Shown piece after piece: positions 26,252 through 36,419 of a stretch of DNA of 64,000 bases. The stretch covers positions 12,356 to 76,355 of the forward strand of contig CACZPI010000059.1 in the NCBI GenBank assembly GCA_902783005.1, read 5' to 3'. The notes under the pieces were generated by a model. That model had not been told where the DNA came from. It made no database searches and saw nothing but the letters and a program-made list of their open reading frames with translations. The position numbers and the translations under genes were made by a program. Each line of letters opens with the position of its first letter. Position 1 is the first letter of the stretch. The DNA comes from an uncultured Ruminococcus sp. (GTDB lineage Bacteria; Bacillota; Clostridia; Oscillospirales; Ruminococcaceae).

Positions 26252-28110
26252 GTGTCCTCTCCTTCCCCATGCAGAAAGGTATAAAGCCGTTCTGCTGTCT
26301 TTTGCGGGATGCCTGCTGCATGAAGCACCTGCGTGCTTGCTGCCTCCAATGCATCCTTCGTTTTGAAATGTGCCATCAGCTTTTGTGCGGTCTTGTCTCC
26401 GATTCCCTCGACCTGGGTCAGTTCGGAGGCAAAAGTGCGTTTTTTGTGTTTCTTATGCATATATGCCACGGAATACCGGTGTACTTCATCCTGGATCCTT
26501 GTCAGGAGCATAAATGCATTCTGCGTTCCGGATACACTGATCTCACCGCCGCCCGTAGCAATGGCCCGCGTGCGGTGCTTATTGTCCTTGACCATGCCGT
26601 AAAGTGCAATCTCCGGTGCCATTTCCTGCACGATCGGCGCAACCGCATTGACATGTCCCTTTCCGCCGTCAAGCAGGATCAGATCGGGAGTCCGCGCAAA
26701 ATAAGGATCATCCGGATCTCCCAGATGCGAGAGTCGCCTGCGGATGACCTCACGCATACATGCATAGTCATTCTGCATTTCACTTTCCCGGATGGAGAAA
26801 CGCTTGTAGGCCTTTTTCAGCGGCCTGCCATTTTCAAACACAACCATTCCGGCAACCATGGATTCCGATGCAAGATTGGAAATATCATAGCTTTCGATAT
26901 ACTTTGGAACCTTATCCATCCCCAGGATCTTCCCGAGTGCTTCAACCGCCAGAAGCTCCTTGCCGGTGCGGTTCTCGTGTACTGCAATGTATTCGACGGC
27001 ATTTTCCTTTGCCATCCGTGTCAGCTCCGCGCCGTCACCACGCTGGGGAACTGTCACTTTCACACGCCTTCCGGCCTGCTGTGACAACATTTCTGCAAGC
27101 ATGTCCATTTCTGCAACCGGTGATTCCAGCAGGATCACACGCGGCAGATCCGTCCGTCCATGGTAGAAACGCGGAACAAATGCATCGAGAGGCGATTCAT
27201 CGGCTTCCTCATTGAAATGGTAATTTTCCTTATCATAGAGACGGCCGTCACGATACATCAATACGGAAATGCAAAGGTCATCTCCATTATCCGCCGTGCC
27301 GATCACATCTGCGTCACGGAAGCGGTTATCAATGATTTTCTGCGATTCTCCCGCCTTCTGAATGGCACGGATGCGGTCACGAAGCATTGCTGCTTTCTCG
27401 AAATCGAGAAGTTCGGATGCCCGTTCCATTTCCTGCTGCATCCTTTCTACGGAAGCAGCGCTTCCTCCACGGATATAGGCAATGGCCTGGTCAATCAGCT
27501 CACGGTATTCTGCCTGAGAAATTTTCCCGCGGCAAAGCCCCATGCAGCGCTGAATGTGATAATTGAGACAGGTTCTTCCCTTGCCGAACTGCTGCGGAAA
27601 CTTTTTGGTGCAGGTAGGAAGGCGGAATACCATATTGACCTCCTCCACCGTGGATTTCGTGACAAATCCGCCGGTATAAGGCCCGATATACATGGCTCCG
27701 TCATCCATCTTCTGCTTTTCCGCTGTGATGCGGGGAAACGGTTCATTGGAAACCTTGATGTAATGATAGCCCTTGTCATCCTTCAGGAGAATGTTGTAAT
27801 GCGGCTTGTGCTGCTTGATAAGGCTGCATTCCAGCAGCAATGCCTCATATTCCGAACCGGTCACGATAAAATCGTAATCGTGAACATGTGATACCATCCG
27901 GGCGACCTTCGGAAGATGATCGGCACCAAGCCGGAAATAACTGCTGACACGGTTGTGCAGATTCTTCGCCTTGCCAATGTAAATGATGCCGCCCTGCACA
28001 TTTTTCATCAGATAGACACCCGGCGAAGTCGTCAGCTGCGCAGTCTTCTCGCGAAGATAGGGCAGCCGCGGATTCTGCCGTTCTAAAATCCAGGATTCCG
28101 GATCAAACAT
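26248..28110 (-). CDS. uvrC: Excinuclease ABC subunit C
   Basis: GIY-YIG N-terminus (GVYLMKNVQGGIIYIGKAKNL), UVR domain, C-terminal (HhH)2. Confidence 0.95.
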   Translation of the reverse strand: MFDPESWILERQNPRLPYLREKTAQLTTSPGVYLMKNVQGGIIYIGKAKNLHNRVSSYFRLGADHLPKVARMVSHVHDYDFIVTGSEYEALLLECSLIKQHKPHYNILLKDDKGYHYIKVSNEPFPRITAEKQKMDDGAMYIGPYTGGFVTKSTVEEVNMVFRLPTCTKKFPQQFGKGRTCLNYHIQRCMGLCRGKISQAEYRELIDQAIAYIRGGSAASVERMQQEMERASELLDFEKAAMLRDRIRAIQKAGESQKIIDNRFRDADVIGTADNGDDLCISVLMYRDGRLYDKENYHFNEEADESPLDAFVPRFYHGRTDLPRVILLESPVAEMDMLAEMLSQQAGRRVKVTVPQRGDGAELTRMAKENAVEYIAVHENRTGKELLAVEALGKILGMDKVPKYIESYDISNLASESMVAGMVVFENGRPLKKAYKRFSIRESEMQNDYACMREVIRRRLSHLGDPDDPYFARTPDLILLDGGKGHVNAVAPIVQEMAPEIALYGMVKDNKHRTRAIATGGGEISVSGTQNAFMLLTRIQDEVHRYSVAYMHKKHKKRTFASELTQVEGIGDKTAQKLMAHFKTKDALEAASTQVLHAAGIPQKTAERLYTFLHGEGEDT

Positions 28111-28130
28111 GCTGCCCCTTCCTCCTTTGC

Positions 28131-28649
28131 TTACAGGTCAATCCGATAGGAATTGATCATAAATGTCTGATGGTTCTTCTGCGGCCAAGTTTCTTCGTGA
28201 CTGCCGGTCGGTATGCCGCCGGCTTTCTGAATCACACGGTTGCTGCCGATGTTTTCCCGGACAGCTTCGATCAGAGCCATATGAAAGCCATCCTCCTTCA
28301 ACTGCTTGAGAACAGCGTTCAGTGCTTCGGTCATGTAGCCGTTGCCCCAGTAAGCTCTTCCGGAACAATACCCAATCACAGGAATGCCTTCATGATAACC
28401 CACAACATCAATCATTCCCATGAATTCCTGATCTGCACGCCGGACAATACCCCAGCGGTAGCATTCCGGCTTGTCATAGTCTCCGAGCCAGAAGTCCATC
28501 ACAGCATTCGTTGTGTCAATGCTCTCATGAACATTCCAGGTCATATATTTCGTGACTTCCGGATCATTGGCATAATGGGCATAAATATCCGCTGCGTCTT
28601 CCCTTCTGACCTTGCGCAGAAGCAGTCGTTCCGTTTCAATCTCCCGCAT
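28131..28649 (-). CDS. GNAT-family N-acetyltransferase (RimJ/RimL-like)
   Basis: ETERLLLRKV start and the RGKGY-type acetyl-CoA-binding (motif A) block, here YWGNGYMTEA. ATG 28649 follows GGAGGTG by 7 nt. Confidence 0.85.
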   Translation of the reverse strand: MREIETERLLLRKVRREDAADIYAHYANDPEVTKYMTWNVHESIDTTNAVMDFWLGDYDKPECYRWGIVRRADQEFMGMIDVVGYHEGIPVIGYCSGRAYWGNGYMTEALNAVLKQLKEDGFHMALIEAVRENIGSNRVIQKAGGIPTGSHEETWPQKNHQTFMINSYRIDL

Positions 28650-28675
28650 CCGAATCACCTCCGTAGGCAGTAGTT

Positions 28676-29293
28676 TTAATCAAAGAATGAACTATTGAAT
28701 TTTGTTTCGCGCGCCCTGTCTCCGTGGCAGTCCACCATAATGCGCTCCTGCCAGAGCAAAAACCGAAGGATGCCAAAGAACACGACATAGGCAATGGAAT
28801 TGGCAAACAAGGTTACATACACATGCAAATGGAATACAACGCCGAACATTCCGGCCAGAATGATGATTTCCGCCACGATCAGTGCAATTTCCAGATAGGT
28901 GTTTTTCGGTTCAAGCGCCAGGTAGGTGAAGCAGACGATTCCGGAGAAAACGGAATGTCCGATGTTCAGCGCCATTGAACCGGATTCATACCAGGAGATC
29001 CTGTCGGCATTGAAATCGAGAATCATGATAACGATTTCTGTAATCAGATATACCAGCATGGCTAATTTCATCAGATAACGCTGCCGGACGATTCTGTGAA
29101 AATTCAGCAGGGAAAGCAGCATGAATACAAACCCGATTGTTTCAATTGTGTAGGCACAGATTTCCAGCGGAACCAGTACCAATCCGTTTTTTTCGATCGA
29201 CCAGTAGTAGACTGCGGCACAGAATGCAAACAACAGGAAAAAGATGTTCGCCAGCTGCCCGAATTCAAAGCAGCGTCTCAGCTTCGGATGCAT
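28676..29293 (-). CDS. Hypothetical polytopic membrane protein (205 aa)
   Basis: Five to six hydrophobic helices; no recognisable family. Confidence 0.7.
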   Translation of the reverse strand: MHPKLRRCFEFGQLANIFFLLFAFCAAVYYWSIEKNGLVLVPLEICAYTIETIGFVFMLLSLLNFHRIVRQRYLMKLAMLVYLITEIVIMILDFNADRISWYESGSMALNIGHSVFSGIVCFTYLALEPKNTYLEIALIVAEIIILAGMFGVVFHLHVYVTLFANSIAYVVFFGILRFLLWQERIMVDCHGDRARETKFNSSFFD

Positions 29294-29299
29294 CCTGCA

Positions 29300-30583
29300 T
29301 CACCCCTGCTTTGCCTGCAGCGCACGCTGACCAATATCGTGACGATAGTGTACCTGATCCCAGGAAATCGTCTCCACTGCCTTGTAAGACTTTGCCAGAG
29401 CAGCCTCCAGGGTTTCTGCAGTTGCAGTCACGCCCAGCACGCGTCCGCCTGCGGTCAGAAATGCACCGTCTGCATACTTCGTTCCGGCATGGTAAACAAA
29501 TGCACCGGATACCTGCCCCTTTTCATCAAGGCCTGAAATGGCCTTGCCGCTCTCATACTTCACCGGATAGCCGCCGCTTGCCATGACAACGCAGGCAGCG
29601 CTTTCCTGCTTCCACTGTACATGCAGCGTATCCAGATTACCGCGATAGGTGGCCTCCATGATGTCAACCAGATCCGTATCGAGCAGCGGCAGAACGACCT
29701 GCGTCTCCGGATCACCGAAACGGCAGTTATACTCAATCACCTTCGGGCCATTCGGCGTCAGCATCAGTCCGAAGTACAGGCATCCTGTAAACGGTCTGCC
29801 CTCCTGCTGCATTGCAGCGATGGTCGGCTTGAAGATCGTTTCCATGCACTGGGCAGCGATCTCGTCAGTATAATACGGATTCGGCGCAATCGTTCCCATA
29901 CCGCCGGTATTCAATCCCTGATCGCCGTCAAGGGCACGCTTGTGATCCATCGAGGAGATCATCGGAACAACGGTCTTGCCGTCTGTAAAGCTCAGGACGG
30001 ACACCTCAGGACCGGTGAGGAATTCCTCAATGACAATGCGGGCGCTGCTCTCACCGAACTTGTGCTCATCAATCATTTCGCGGACAGCCGCAACAGCCTC
30101 CTCCTCATTCTGGGCGAGGATAACGCCCTTGCCGAGTGCAAGACCATCTGCCTTGATGACCGTCGGGTAGGTGTTCTGCTTCTTGATATAAGCAATGGCA
30201 GATTCACTGTCGGTAAAGACCTCATAGCCGCCGGTCGGAATGCCGTATTTCTTCATCAGATCCTTGGAGAAGATCTTGCTGCCTTCGATGATGGCAGCAT
30301 TTGCCTTCGGGCCGAAGGTCATGAAGCCCTCTGCCTGCATGGCATCGACCATGCCGAGTACAAGTGGGTCATCCGGTGCGACAACCACCAGATCCGGCTG
30401 CAGCTCCTTGGCGAGCTTCACCATGCCTTCAATATCCGTCGCCTTGACATCAAAGCACTTTGCATACCGGGAAATACCGCCGTTTCCAGGGGCACAGAAC
30501 AGCTCTGTGGTACGCTTGCTCTCTGCGAGCTTCATGATGATGGCGTGCTCTCTGCCGCCGCCGCCGACTACTAAAATTTTCAT
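29300..30583 (-). CDS. purD: Phosphoribosylamine-glycine ligase
   Basis: MKILVVGGGGREHA start and ATP-grasp blocks. AAGGAGG RBS. The track start 30664 runs into the upstream gene. Confidence 0.94.
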   Translation of the reverse strand: MKILVVGGGGREHAIIMKLAESKRTTELFCAPGNGGISRYAKCFDVKATDIEGMVKLAKELQPDLVVVAPDDPLVLGMVDAMQAEGFMTFGPKANAAIIEGSKIFSKDLMKKYGIPTGGYEVFTDSESAIAYIKKQNTYPTVIKADGLALGKGVILAQNEEEAVAAVREMIDEHKFGESSARIVIEEFLTGPEVSVLSFTDGKTVVPMISSMDHKRALDGDQGLNTGGMGTIAPNPYYTDEIAAQCMETIFKPTIAAMQQEGRPFTGCLYFGLMLTPNGPKVIEYNCRFGDPETQVVLPLLDTDLVDIMEATYRGNLDTLHVQWKQESAACVVMASGGYPVKYESGKAISGLDEKGQVSGAFVYHAGTKYADGAFLTAGGRVLGVTATAETLEAALAKSYKAVETISWDQVHYRHDIGQRALQAKQG

Positions 30584-30596
30584 AGGGGTAGCCTCC

Positions 30597-31553
30597 TTAA
30601 AGGTTGGATGATTCGCCGTCAGACGGCGCAAATTTATTCTGATGATATTCCATCGCACCTGCACAGATCAGGCAAACAACTGCTGCGAACAAAACAACAG
30701 GAAGGATATTCCCGAAAGAATCCGCCTGGGCGAATGCAGCTACAGTGTCAACGCCTTCCGCATTCATAAATCTCGACAAGATGAAGCGCCGGATCAGTGT
30801 ACAGATCCCTGATATTCCGTAAAAGAGAATGGGCGTTGCAATGATTTTTGTCAAGGCGCTGGTTTGTGAGAAATGGCTTTTCATCGCCAGGATCACTGTC
30901 GGAACGCATGTTGCAGCAACAAATGCAAGAAGTACAAGCTTCCATTTCATAGGAAAAGTCAGTTCATAGTGATAAATCAAGCTGCTGATCTGTTCATAAA
31001 ACAGGATACAAACAAAGCGCACTGCCAGATAACCCAGACTTCCGATCATTGCAAACATAGTCAGCGGTCTGGTCGCTTCCCTTTTGGGAGCGGTCATCTG
31101 GTACTCGATCGCGCATGCACATGCCAGCAGAACGAATGCTGCGGTGTAGAGATAAAATACAGGCTGCACCAGATTCATGAGCCTCGAATATTGAAATATG
31201 GCTTCATTTCCCAGCATATGATTTCCGACGAATAATACGATTGGATACCCCAGTACACTCCGACCGAAATAGCACACAGGCAGTAAGATCGCAGAATTCA
31301 CGGCACTCTGGTGAGTGACGGTCGTCTGACGAGACTGCCAGACAGCATAGACCAGAAGCGGCACTTCCAGCAGGTACAGGATCATTGCCATTGTAACAAC
31401 ACCGGCAGATAACTGCTGCGGCTCGTCATGATGGTACACCAGCATTTCCAGCGGCGAACTCAGCACGGTCATGAGAATCTGGAGTCCGAGGCAAGCAGCA
31501 ATGAGGATCCAGGCAATTTTGGTAAGACGAATGGTCGCGATTGGTTTTTCCAT
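30597..31553 (-). CDS. Hypothetical polytopic membrane protein (~318 aa) embedded in the pur operon
   Basis: About eight hydrophobic segments. GGAGGA precedes ATG 31553 (short spacing); alternative TTG at 31571. Confidence 0.7.
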   Translation of the reverse strand: MEKPIATIRLTKIAWILIAACLGLQILMTVLSSPLEMLVYHHDEPQQLSAGVVTMAMILYLLEVPLLVYAVWQSRQTTVTHQSAVNSAILLPVCYFGRSVLGYPIVLFVGNHMLGNEAIFQYSRLMNLVQPVFYLYTAAFVLLACACAIEYQMTAPKREATRPLTMFAMIGSLGYLAVRFVCILFYEQISSLIYHYELTFPMKWKLVLLAFVAATCVPTVILAMKSHFSQTSALTKIIATPILFYGISGICTLIRRFILSRFMNAEGVDTVAAFAQADSFGNILPVVLFAAVVCLICAGAMEYHQNKFAPSDGESSNL

Positions 31554-31624
31554 ATTTCCTCCAATACGCAAAGCGCCTTACCCCTCCGAAGAGGGGCAAA
31601 GCTGTTTTCTGCTATGAAATTCGA

Positions 31625-32806
31625 TCAATGATGGAACAGACGGATGCCGGTGAATGCCATTGCGATATTGTACTTGTTGCAGGTCTCGATGACATTGTCG
31701 TCACGGATAGAACCGCCGGGCTCTGCAATGTAAGCAACACCGGACTTCTTTGCACGTTCGATGTTGTCACCGAACGGGAAGAATGCGTCCGATCCAAGAC
31801 ACACATCGGTATTCTGTGCAAGCCATGCCTTCTTCTCCTCGACGGTAAATACCGGCGGCTTTACCTTGAAGATACGCTGCCACTCACCCTCGCGGAGTAC
31901 GTCCTCATACTCATCGCCGATGTAAACGTCGATCGCATTGTCACGGTCAGCGCGGCGGATGTCGTCTACGAACTGTAGTCCGAGTACCTGCGGAGACTGA
32001 CGCAGCCACCAGTTATCTGCCTTCTGGCCAGCCAGACGAGTGCAGTGAATTCTCGACTGCTGTCCGGCTCCAATGCCGATTGCCTGGCCGTCCTTGACGT
32101 AGCAGACGGAATTGGACTGGGTATACTTCAATGTAATGAGCGAGATCAGAAGATCATCCTTCTTGTCATCCGGAATCTCCTTGTTTTCGGTCACGATGTT
32201 GGAAAGCATCTCGCGGTTGATGTCGAGCTCGTTTCTGCCTTGCTCAAAGGTCACGCCGTAAACCTGCTTGTGCTCGATCGGATCCGGTGTATAGCTCTCG
32301 TCGATCTGGAGAATGCAATAGGTGCCCTTACGCTTGGACTTGAGAATTTCCAGTGCTTCCTTATCATAAGCCGGTGCAATTACGCCGTCAGACACCTCAC
32401 GCTGGATCATCTTGGCCGTGCAGACATCCACCTTATCAGAAAGTGCAATGAAATCACCGTAGGAGGACATTCTGTCTGCGCCGCGTGCTCTTGCATATGC
32501 GGATGCAAGCGGAGTCAGCTCGCCAAGATCATCCACCCAGTAGATCTTCTTGAGCGTATCGGACAGCGGTCTGCCAATTGCGGCACCTGCCGGAGATACA
32601 TGCTTGAAGGAAGTCGCTGCACAGACACCGGTTGCGGTTTTCAGCTCCTTGACGAGCTGCCAGCCGTTGAGTGCATCGAGCAGATTGATATAACCCGGCT
32701 TACCGTTGAGAACCGTGATCGGGAGCTCCCTTCCATCTTCCATAAAGACACGGGACGGCTTCTGGTTCGGGTTACAGCCGTATTTTAACTGCATTTCATT
32801 TGCCAT
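31625..32806 (-). CDS. purH: AICAR formyltransferase (stand-alone PurH transformylase domain)
   Basis: LKYGCNPNQ, FKHVSPAG and C-terminal AEPGGSIRD blocks of the AICARFT domain. There is no MGS-like IMP cyclohydrolase domain. Confidence 0.9.
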   Translation of the reverse strand: MANEMQLKYGCNPNQKPSRVFMEDGRELPITVLNGKPGYINLLDALNGWQLVKELKTATGVCAATSFKHVSPAGAAIGRPLSDTLKKIYWVDDLGELTPLASAYARARGADRMSSYGDFIALSDKVDVCTAKMIQREVSDGVIAPAYDKEALEILKSKRKGTYCILQIDESYTPDPIEHKQVYGVTFEQGRNELDINREMLSNIVTENKEIPDDKKDDLLISLITLKYTQSNSVCYVKDGQAIGIGAGQQSRIHCTRLAGQKADNWWLRQSPQVLGLQFVDDIRRADRDNAIDVYIGDEYEDVLREGEWQRIFKVKPPVFTVEEKKAWLAQNTDVCLGSDAFFPFGDNIERAKKSGVAYIAEPGGSIRDDNVIETCNKYNIAMAFTGIRLFHH

Positions 32807-32878
32807 TTTCAGTCAATCCTTTCCTGATTTCTAAACAAGCACGAGCTTGATAATGATTGCATGCATAAAGGGGATTCC

Positions 32879-33598
32879 TTACTCCTTCACATACTTGTTA
32901 ATGATTCTGGACTGTGCCTTGCCTGTTGCGATGTCGATATAACGGACAAACAGAGATACCTTGTTGTCCTCGTTCAGAGCATTCCAGAGGGCTTCTGCAA
33001 AATCATCAATATCATCGGGAACCGTGATCTTCTTCGGCTCTCCCTCAAAGGACGGAAGCGGATTACCGTCGCCCATATAGGTGTGAATGAAGTGACCAAA
33101 GCCGTTGATCGGATTGCTGTACGCATAGGTGAAGCGCTCTACACAATCCGGATTTCCGTCAGCGGATTTCAGAATCGACATTGCATAGTTGAATCTGCCG
33201 CCGTCTACATGCATAATACCCGAAATTCTGGGGGTGTAGTTCGGTGCATCATCCTCATACTCGCGGGTACGCAGAGACTGTTCAAAGGTCTGCTGCTTGT
33301 CCATCAGCTCATAGATAGTATCCGTCTGATCGCCATTGGTCACAATGGTCTTGTTGCCCAGCACACGAACCGGTGCATAGATGATCAGATGCGGATCAGA
33401 CAGCTTGGAAGGATCTGCCGCTTCGGTGCGAATGCCGTCCTCTGTCTCGGTAAAGACACGGTTGCGGGAATTCACGCTTCTGCCCATGATGAAATACGCA
33501 GTCACAGCAGACTTGCCGTCAGCCGACTTGCCGATCACAATGCCGCGACCGGGATAGGAATTGCTTTTCAGCTCCTCGTAAATGTCAAGTACCTTCAT
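32879..33598 (-). CDS. purO: Archaeal-type (PurO-like) IMP cyclohydrolase
   Basis: YPGRGIVIGKSADGKSAVTAYFIMGRSVNSRNR matches the PurO N-terminal pattern. GAGGAGG RBS. Confidence 0.8.
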   Translation of the reverse strand: MKVLDIYEELKSNSYPGRGIVIGKSADGKSAVTAYFIMGRSVNSRNRVFTETEDGIRTEAADPSKLSDPHLIIYAPVRVLGNKTIVTNGDQTDTIYELMDKQQTFEQSLRTREYEDDAPNYTPRISGIMHVDGGRFNYAMSILKSADGNPDCVERFTYAYSNPINGFGHFIHTYMGDGNPLPSFEGEPKKITVPDDIDDFAEALWNALNEDNKVSLFVRYIDIATGKAQSRIINKYVKE

Positions 33599-33610
33599 TG
33601 AGATTCCTCC

Positions 33611-34243
33611 TCATTTCTGATAATCAATAAATGCACGATCGCCGATGACTGTGATTCTGTCCTCGCAGAACAAACTGACAGCCTCGGGAAGGATCTTCCA
33701 TTCTGCCTGCTCCATAACGCGGCGCTGCAGAATCTCCGGTGTATCATCATTTTCGACTGTAACCGGCTTTTGCAGGATAATGGGGCCTCCGTCACAGATC
33801 TCGGTCACGAAATGTACGGTCGCACCGGTCACCTTCACACCCTTGGCAAGTGCATGCTCATGGACATGCAGACCGTAAAAGCCGTCGCCGCAGAAGGACG
33901 GGATCAGAGACGGATGCACATTGATGATGCGATTACGGAAAGCCTGGATGATCTTGCCGTCAAGGATCGTCATGAAACCGGCAAGCACGATCAGATCGGC
34001 ATATTCCTGATACAAGGCTTCATGCAAAGCCTTGCTGTAAGACGCATTGTCCGGGTAATCCTTTCGCGGAACAACACGCGTCGGGATGCCGTTTTCCCTT
34101 GCACGGGTCAAAGCATAGGCATCTGCCTTTGAAGAGATCACGCAGGTGATCTCGCCGCCGCGCAGTTCTCCGCGTTTCTGTGCGTCAATCAGCGCCTGGA
34201 GATTTGTTCCGCCGCCGGACACCAGAACGACGATGTTTTTCAT
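33611..34243 (-). CDS. purN: Phosphoribosylglycinamide formyltransferase
   Basis: VVLVSGGGTNLQALID, NVHPSLIP and GATVHFV motifs. Confidence 0.94.
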   Translation of the reverse strand: MKNIVVLVSGGGTNLQALIDAQKRGELRGGEITCVISSKADAYALTRARENGIPTRVVPRKDYPDNASYSKALHEALYQEYADLIVLAGFMTILDGKIIQAFRNRIINVHPSLIPSFCGDGFYGLHVHEHALAKGVKVTGATVHFVTEICDGGPIILQKPVTVENDDTPEILQRRVMEQAEWKILPEAVSLFCEDRITVIGDRAFIDYQK

Positions 34244-34330
34244 GGAATGTTCTCCTTTTCCATAGTAGTTATCTTGTCATGCGATGCCAAAGAAAGTATG
34301 CGCGTGAGAAAAAGACACAGACAAAGCCAA

Positions 34331-35248
34331 TCAGCTCATATACAGCTGGTAAGCTGCATCAGCGCGGCTCTGTCGCAGGTATCTTGCACATACCTCAAAA
34401 TTGGATGCCCAGTCGTAGGCAGCCTTATAGGCACCGTCCGCGGAATCCTCGCAGTTGAGCATATCCTGATACGATGCTGTGTAGGAACTGTTCAGCTCAT
34501 ATTCCAGAAAAGCCAGCTGTGCATCGACAGAACCGTATTCCAGCATATTTGCATTGCAGTATGCCTTGAAAGCTTCACAGCGAGGACCGTTCCACTGAAA
34601 CAGGCCGATGGAAGTCAGACCATTGGTATCCGTACTCTCACAATAGGGTCGAAAGCCGGATTCTGCCTCAATATTAGCCATGACACCGCAGGCTGCTGCA
34701 CGATTGAAGCCGAGGTGATCTGTCAGAAAATCATACACCTGCTTTTTTACATCCGAGGATTCTACTCCGGCCGGATAAGAAGTGGCAGTTGCCGCAGAGG
34801 CATTCACCTCATCAAGACGCCGGAACAGATCGAGCGCATTCTGGGCAGAAAAGCCCATCGTGTTCACAAGGTACTGATACAGTGCCGTGCGGGATCCACT
34901 GACCCCGTATTCACTGTAAACAAGATCATCGGAAACAGGCTGCATCTCTTCAATCGAGATCGGCGAATACAGATACAGAGCCGTCCAGCCTGTGTATGTT
35001 TGCCCATCGATCGTACAAACGGTTTTCCCCCATCCGAAATACTCTTCGGAAACGGAAATCACAGTTCCATCCGGAATAATGCAGATGCGTTCACTCTCGG
35101 TCGTTGCAGACGGTTCTGCTCTCAGCCATACATTGTGATTGCTGCAGTACAATTGCAGCTCATGTGCCTCCGCCGACATAGGAGCACCGCACAGCATTGC
35201 GGCACTGCAAAGCACGGAAAGCATCAGACGAAGCCCTCTGTTTCTCAT
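34331..35248 (-). CDS. Secreted SH3-like plus phage-tail-lysozyme-like domain protein
   Basis: Signal peptide (MRNRGLRLMLSVLCSAAMLCGAPMSAEA), SH3-like segment, then GVMANIEAESGFRP..GLFQWNGPR..QLAFLEYEL, typical of the phage tail lysozyme family. Confidence 0.8.
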   Translation of the reverse strand: MRNRGLRLMLSVLCSAAMLCGAPMSAEAHELQLYCSNHNVWLRAEPSATTESERICIIPDGTVISVSEEYFGWGKTVCTIDGQTYTGWTALYLYSPISIEEMQPVSDDLVYSEYGVSGSRTALYQYLVNTMGFSAQNALDLFRRLDEVNASAATATSYPAGVESSDVKKQVYDFLTDHLGFNRAAACGVMANIEAESGFRPYCESTDTNGLTSIGLFQWNGPRCEAFKAYCNANMLEYGSVDAQLAFLEYELNSSYTASYQDMLNCEDSADGAYKAAYDWASNFEVCARYLRQSRADAAYQLYMS

Positions 35249-35384
35249 GATCGTCGATCACCTCGTTATGTATTTGTAAAAATGTAAAATAAAATTGCAA
35301 GTGTAATGAAATCTTTTGAAATTTTGCATAGGAGCGGCATACAAGATGCCGCTCTGTTCACTTGGGATGATGCTTGTTTACCGG

Positions 35385-36419
35385 TTAATCGAGGATAACA
35401 CCCTCATCAGATGCAACCAGTTCACCGAGGATGTAGGCCTGCTCGCCTGCACCGTTGAGAATGCTGACAGCCTTGTCGGCATCCTCTGCATTCACGGAAA
35501 CGATCATACCAACGCCCATATTGAAGGTATTGAACATGTCGCGCTCCGGAATATGACCGGTTCTGGAGATCAGGTCAAAGATCGGGAGTACCTGTACATC
35601 CTTCTTTGCAATATGCGCAGAGATACCCTCCGGTAAAGAACGCGGAATATTCTCGTAAAAACCGCCGCCGGTGATGTGAGAAACAGACTTGACAGTCACA
35701 TCCTGCATCAGACGGAGTACTGACTTGACGTAAATGCGGGTCGGTGTCAGGAGCGTTTCACCAAGCGTCGTTCCCAGTTCATCGAAATGAACGGCAAGAT
35801 TGCGCTCATTGATCGAGAACACCTTGCGCACCAACGAAAAACCGTTGGAATGTACACCGGACGATTTCAGGGCGATCAGGACATCCCCTGCCTTCTGGCT
35901 GGAGGTATCAACGATCTTCTTCTTATCGACCACGCCGACTGCAAAGCCTGCAAGGTCATATTCATCTACCGGATAAAAGCCCGGCATTTCGGCAGTTTCG
36001 CCGCCGACAAGCGCACAGCCTGCCTGTACACAGCCTTCAGCAACACCGGAAACGATCTTTGCGATCTTCTCCGGGTAGTTCTTGCCGACTGCAATATAAT
36101 CCAGGAAGAACTGCGGCTTCGCTCCGCAGCAGATAATATCATTGACGCACATTGCCACGCAGTCGATGCCGACGGTGTCATGCTTGTCCATGAGAAATGC
36201 GAGCTTGAGCTTGGTGCCGACGCCATCCGTACCGGAAACGAATACCGGCTTCTCAATACCGGTCAGATCCGGCTCAAACAGGCCGCCGAAACCACCAATG
36301 CCGGAAAGCACACCCGGAACATTCGTCCGTGCAATGTGCTCCTTCATCAGTCTGACAGCCTCATATCCGGCAGTGACGTCAACGCCGGCCTTTTTATAGC
36401 TCTCGGAAAAACTTTTCAT
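35385..36419 (-). CDS. purM: Phosphoribosylformylglycinamidine cyclo-ligase
   Basis: [16 protein letters not shown] and DGVGTK blocks. ATG 36419 is preceded by AGGAGGG. Confidence 0.94.
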   Translation of the reverse strand: MKSFSESYKKAGVDVTAGYEAVRLMKEHIARTNVPGVLSGIGGFGGLFEPDLTGIEKPVFVSGTDGVGTKLKLAFLMDKHDTVGIDCVAMCVNDIICCGAKPQFFLDYIAVGKNYPEKIAKIVSGVAEGCVQAGCALVGGETAEMPGFYPVDEYDLAGFAVGVVDKKKIVDTSSQKAGDVLIALKSSGVHSNGFSLVRKVFSINERNLAVHFDELGTTLGETLLTPTRIYVKSVLRLMQDVTVKSVSHITGGGFYENIPRSLPEGISAHIAKKDVQVLPIFDLISRTGHIPERDMFNTFNMGVGMIVSVNAEDADKAVSILNGAGEQAYILGELVASDEGVILD

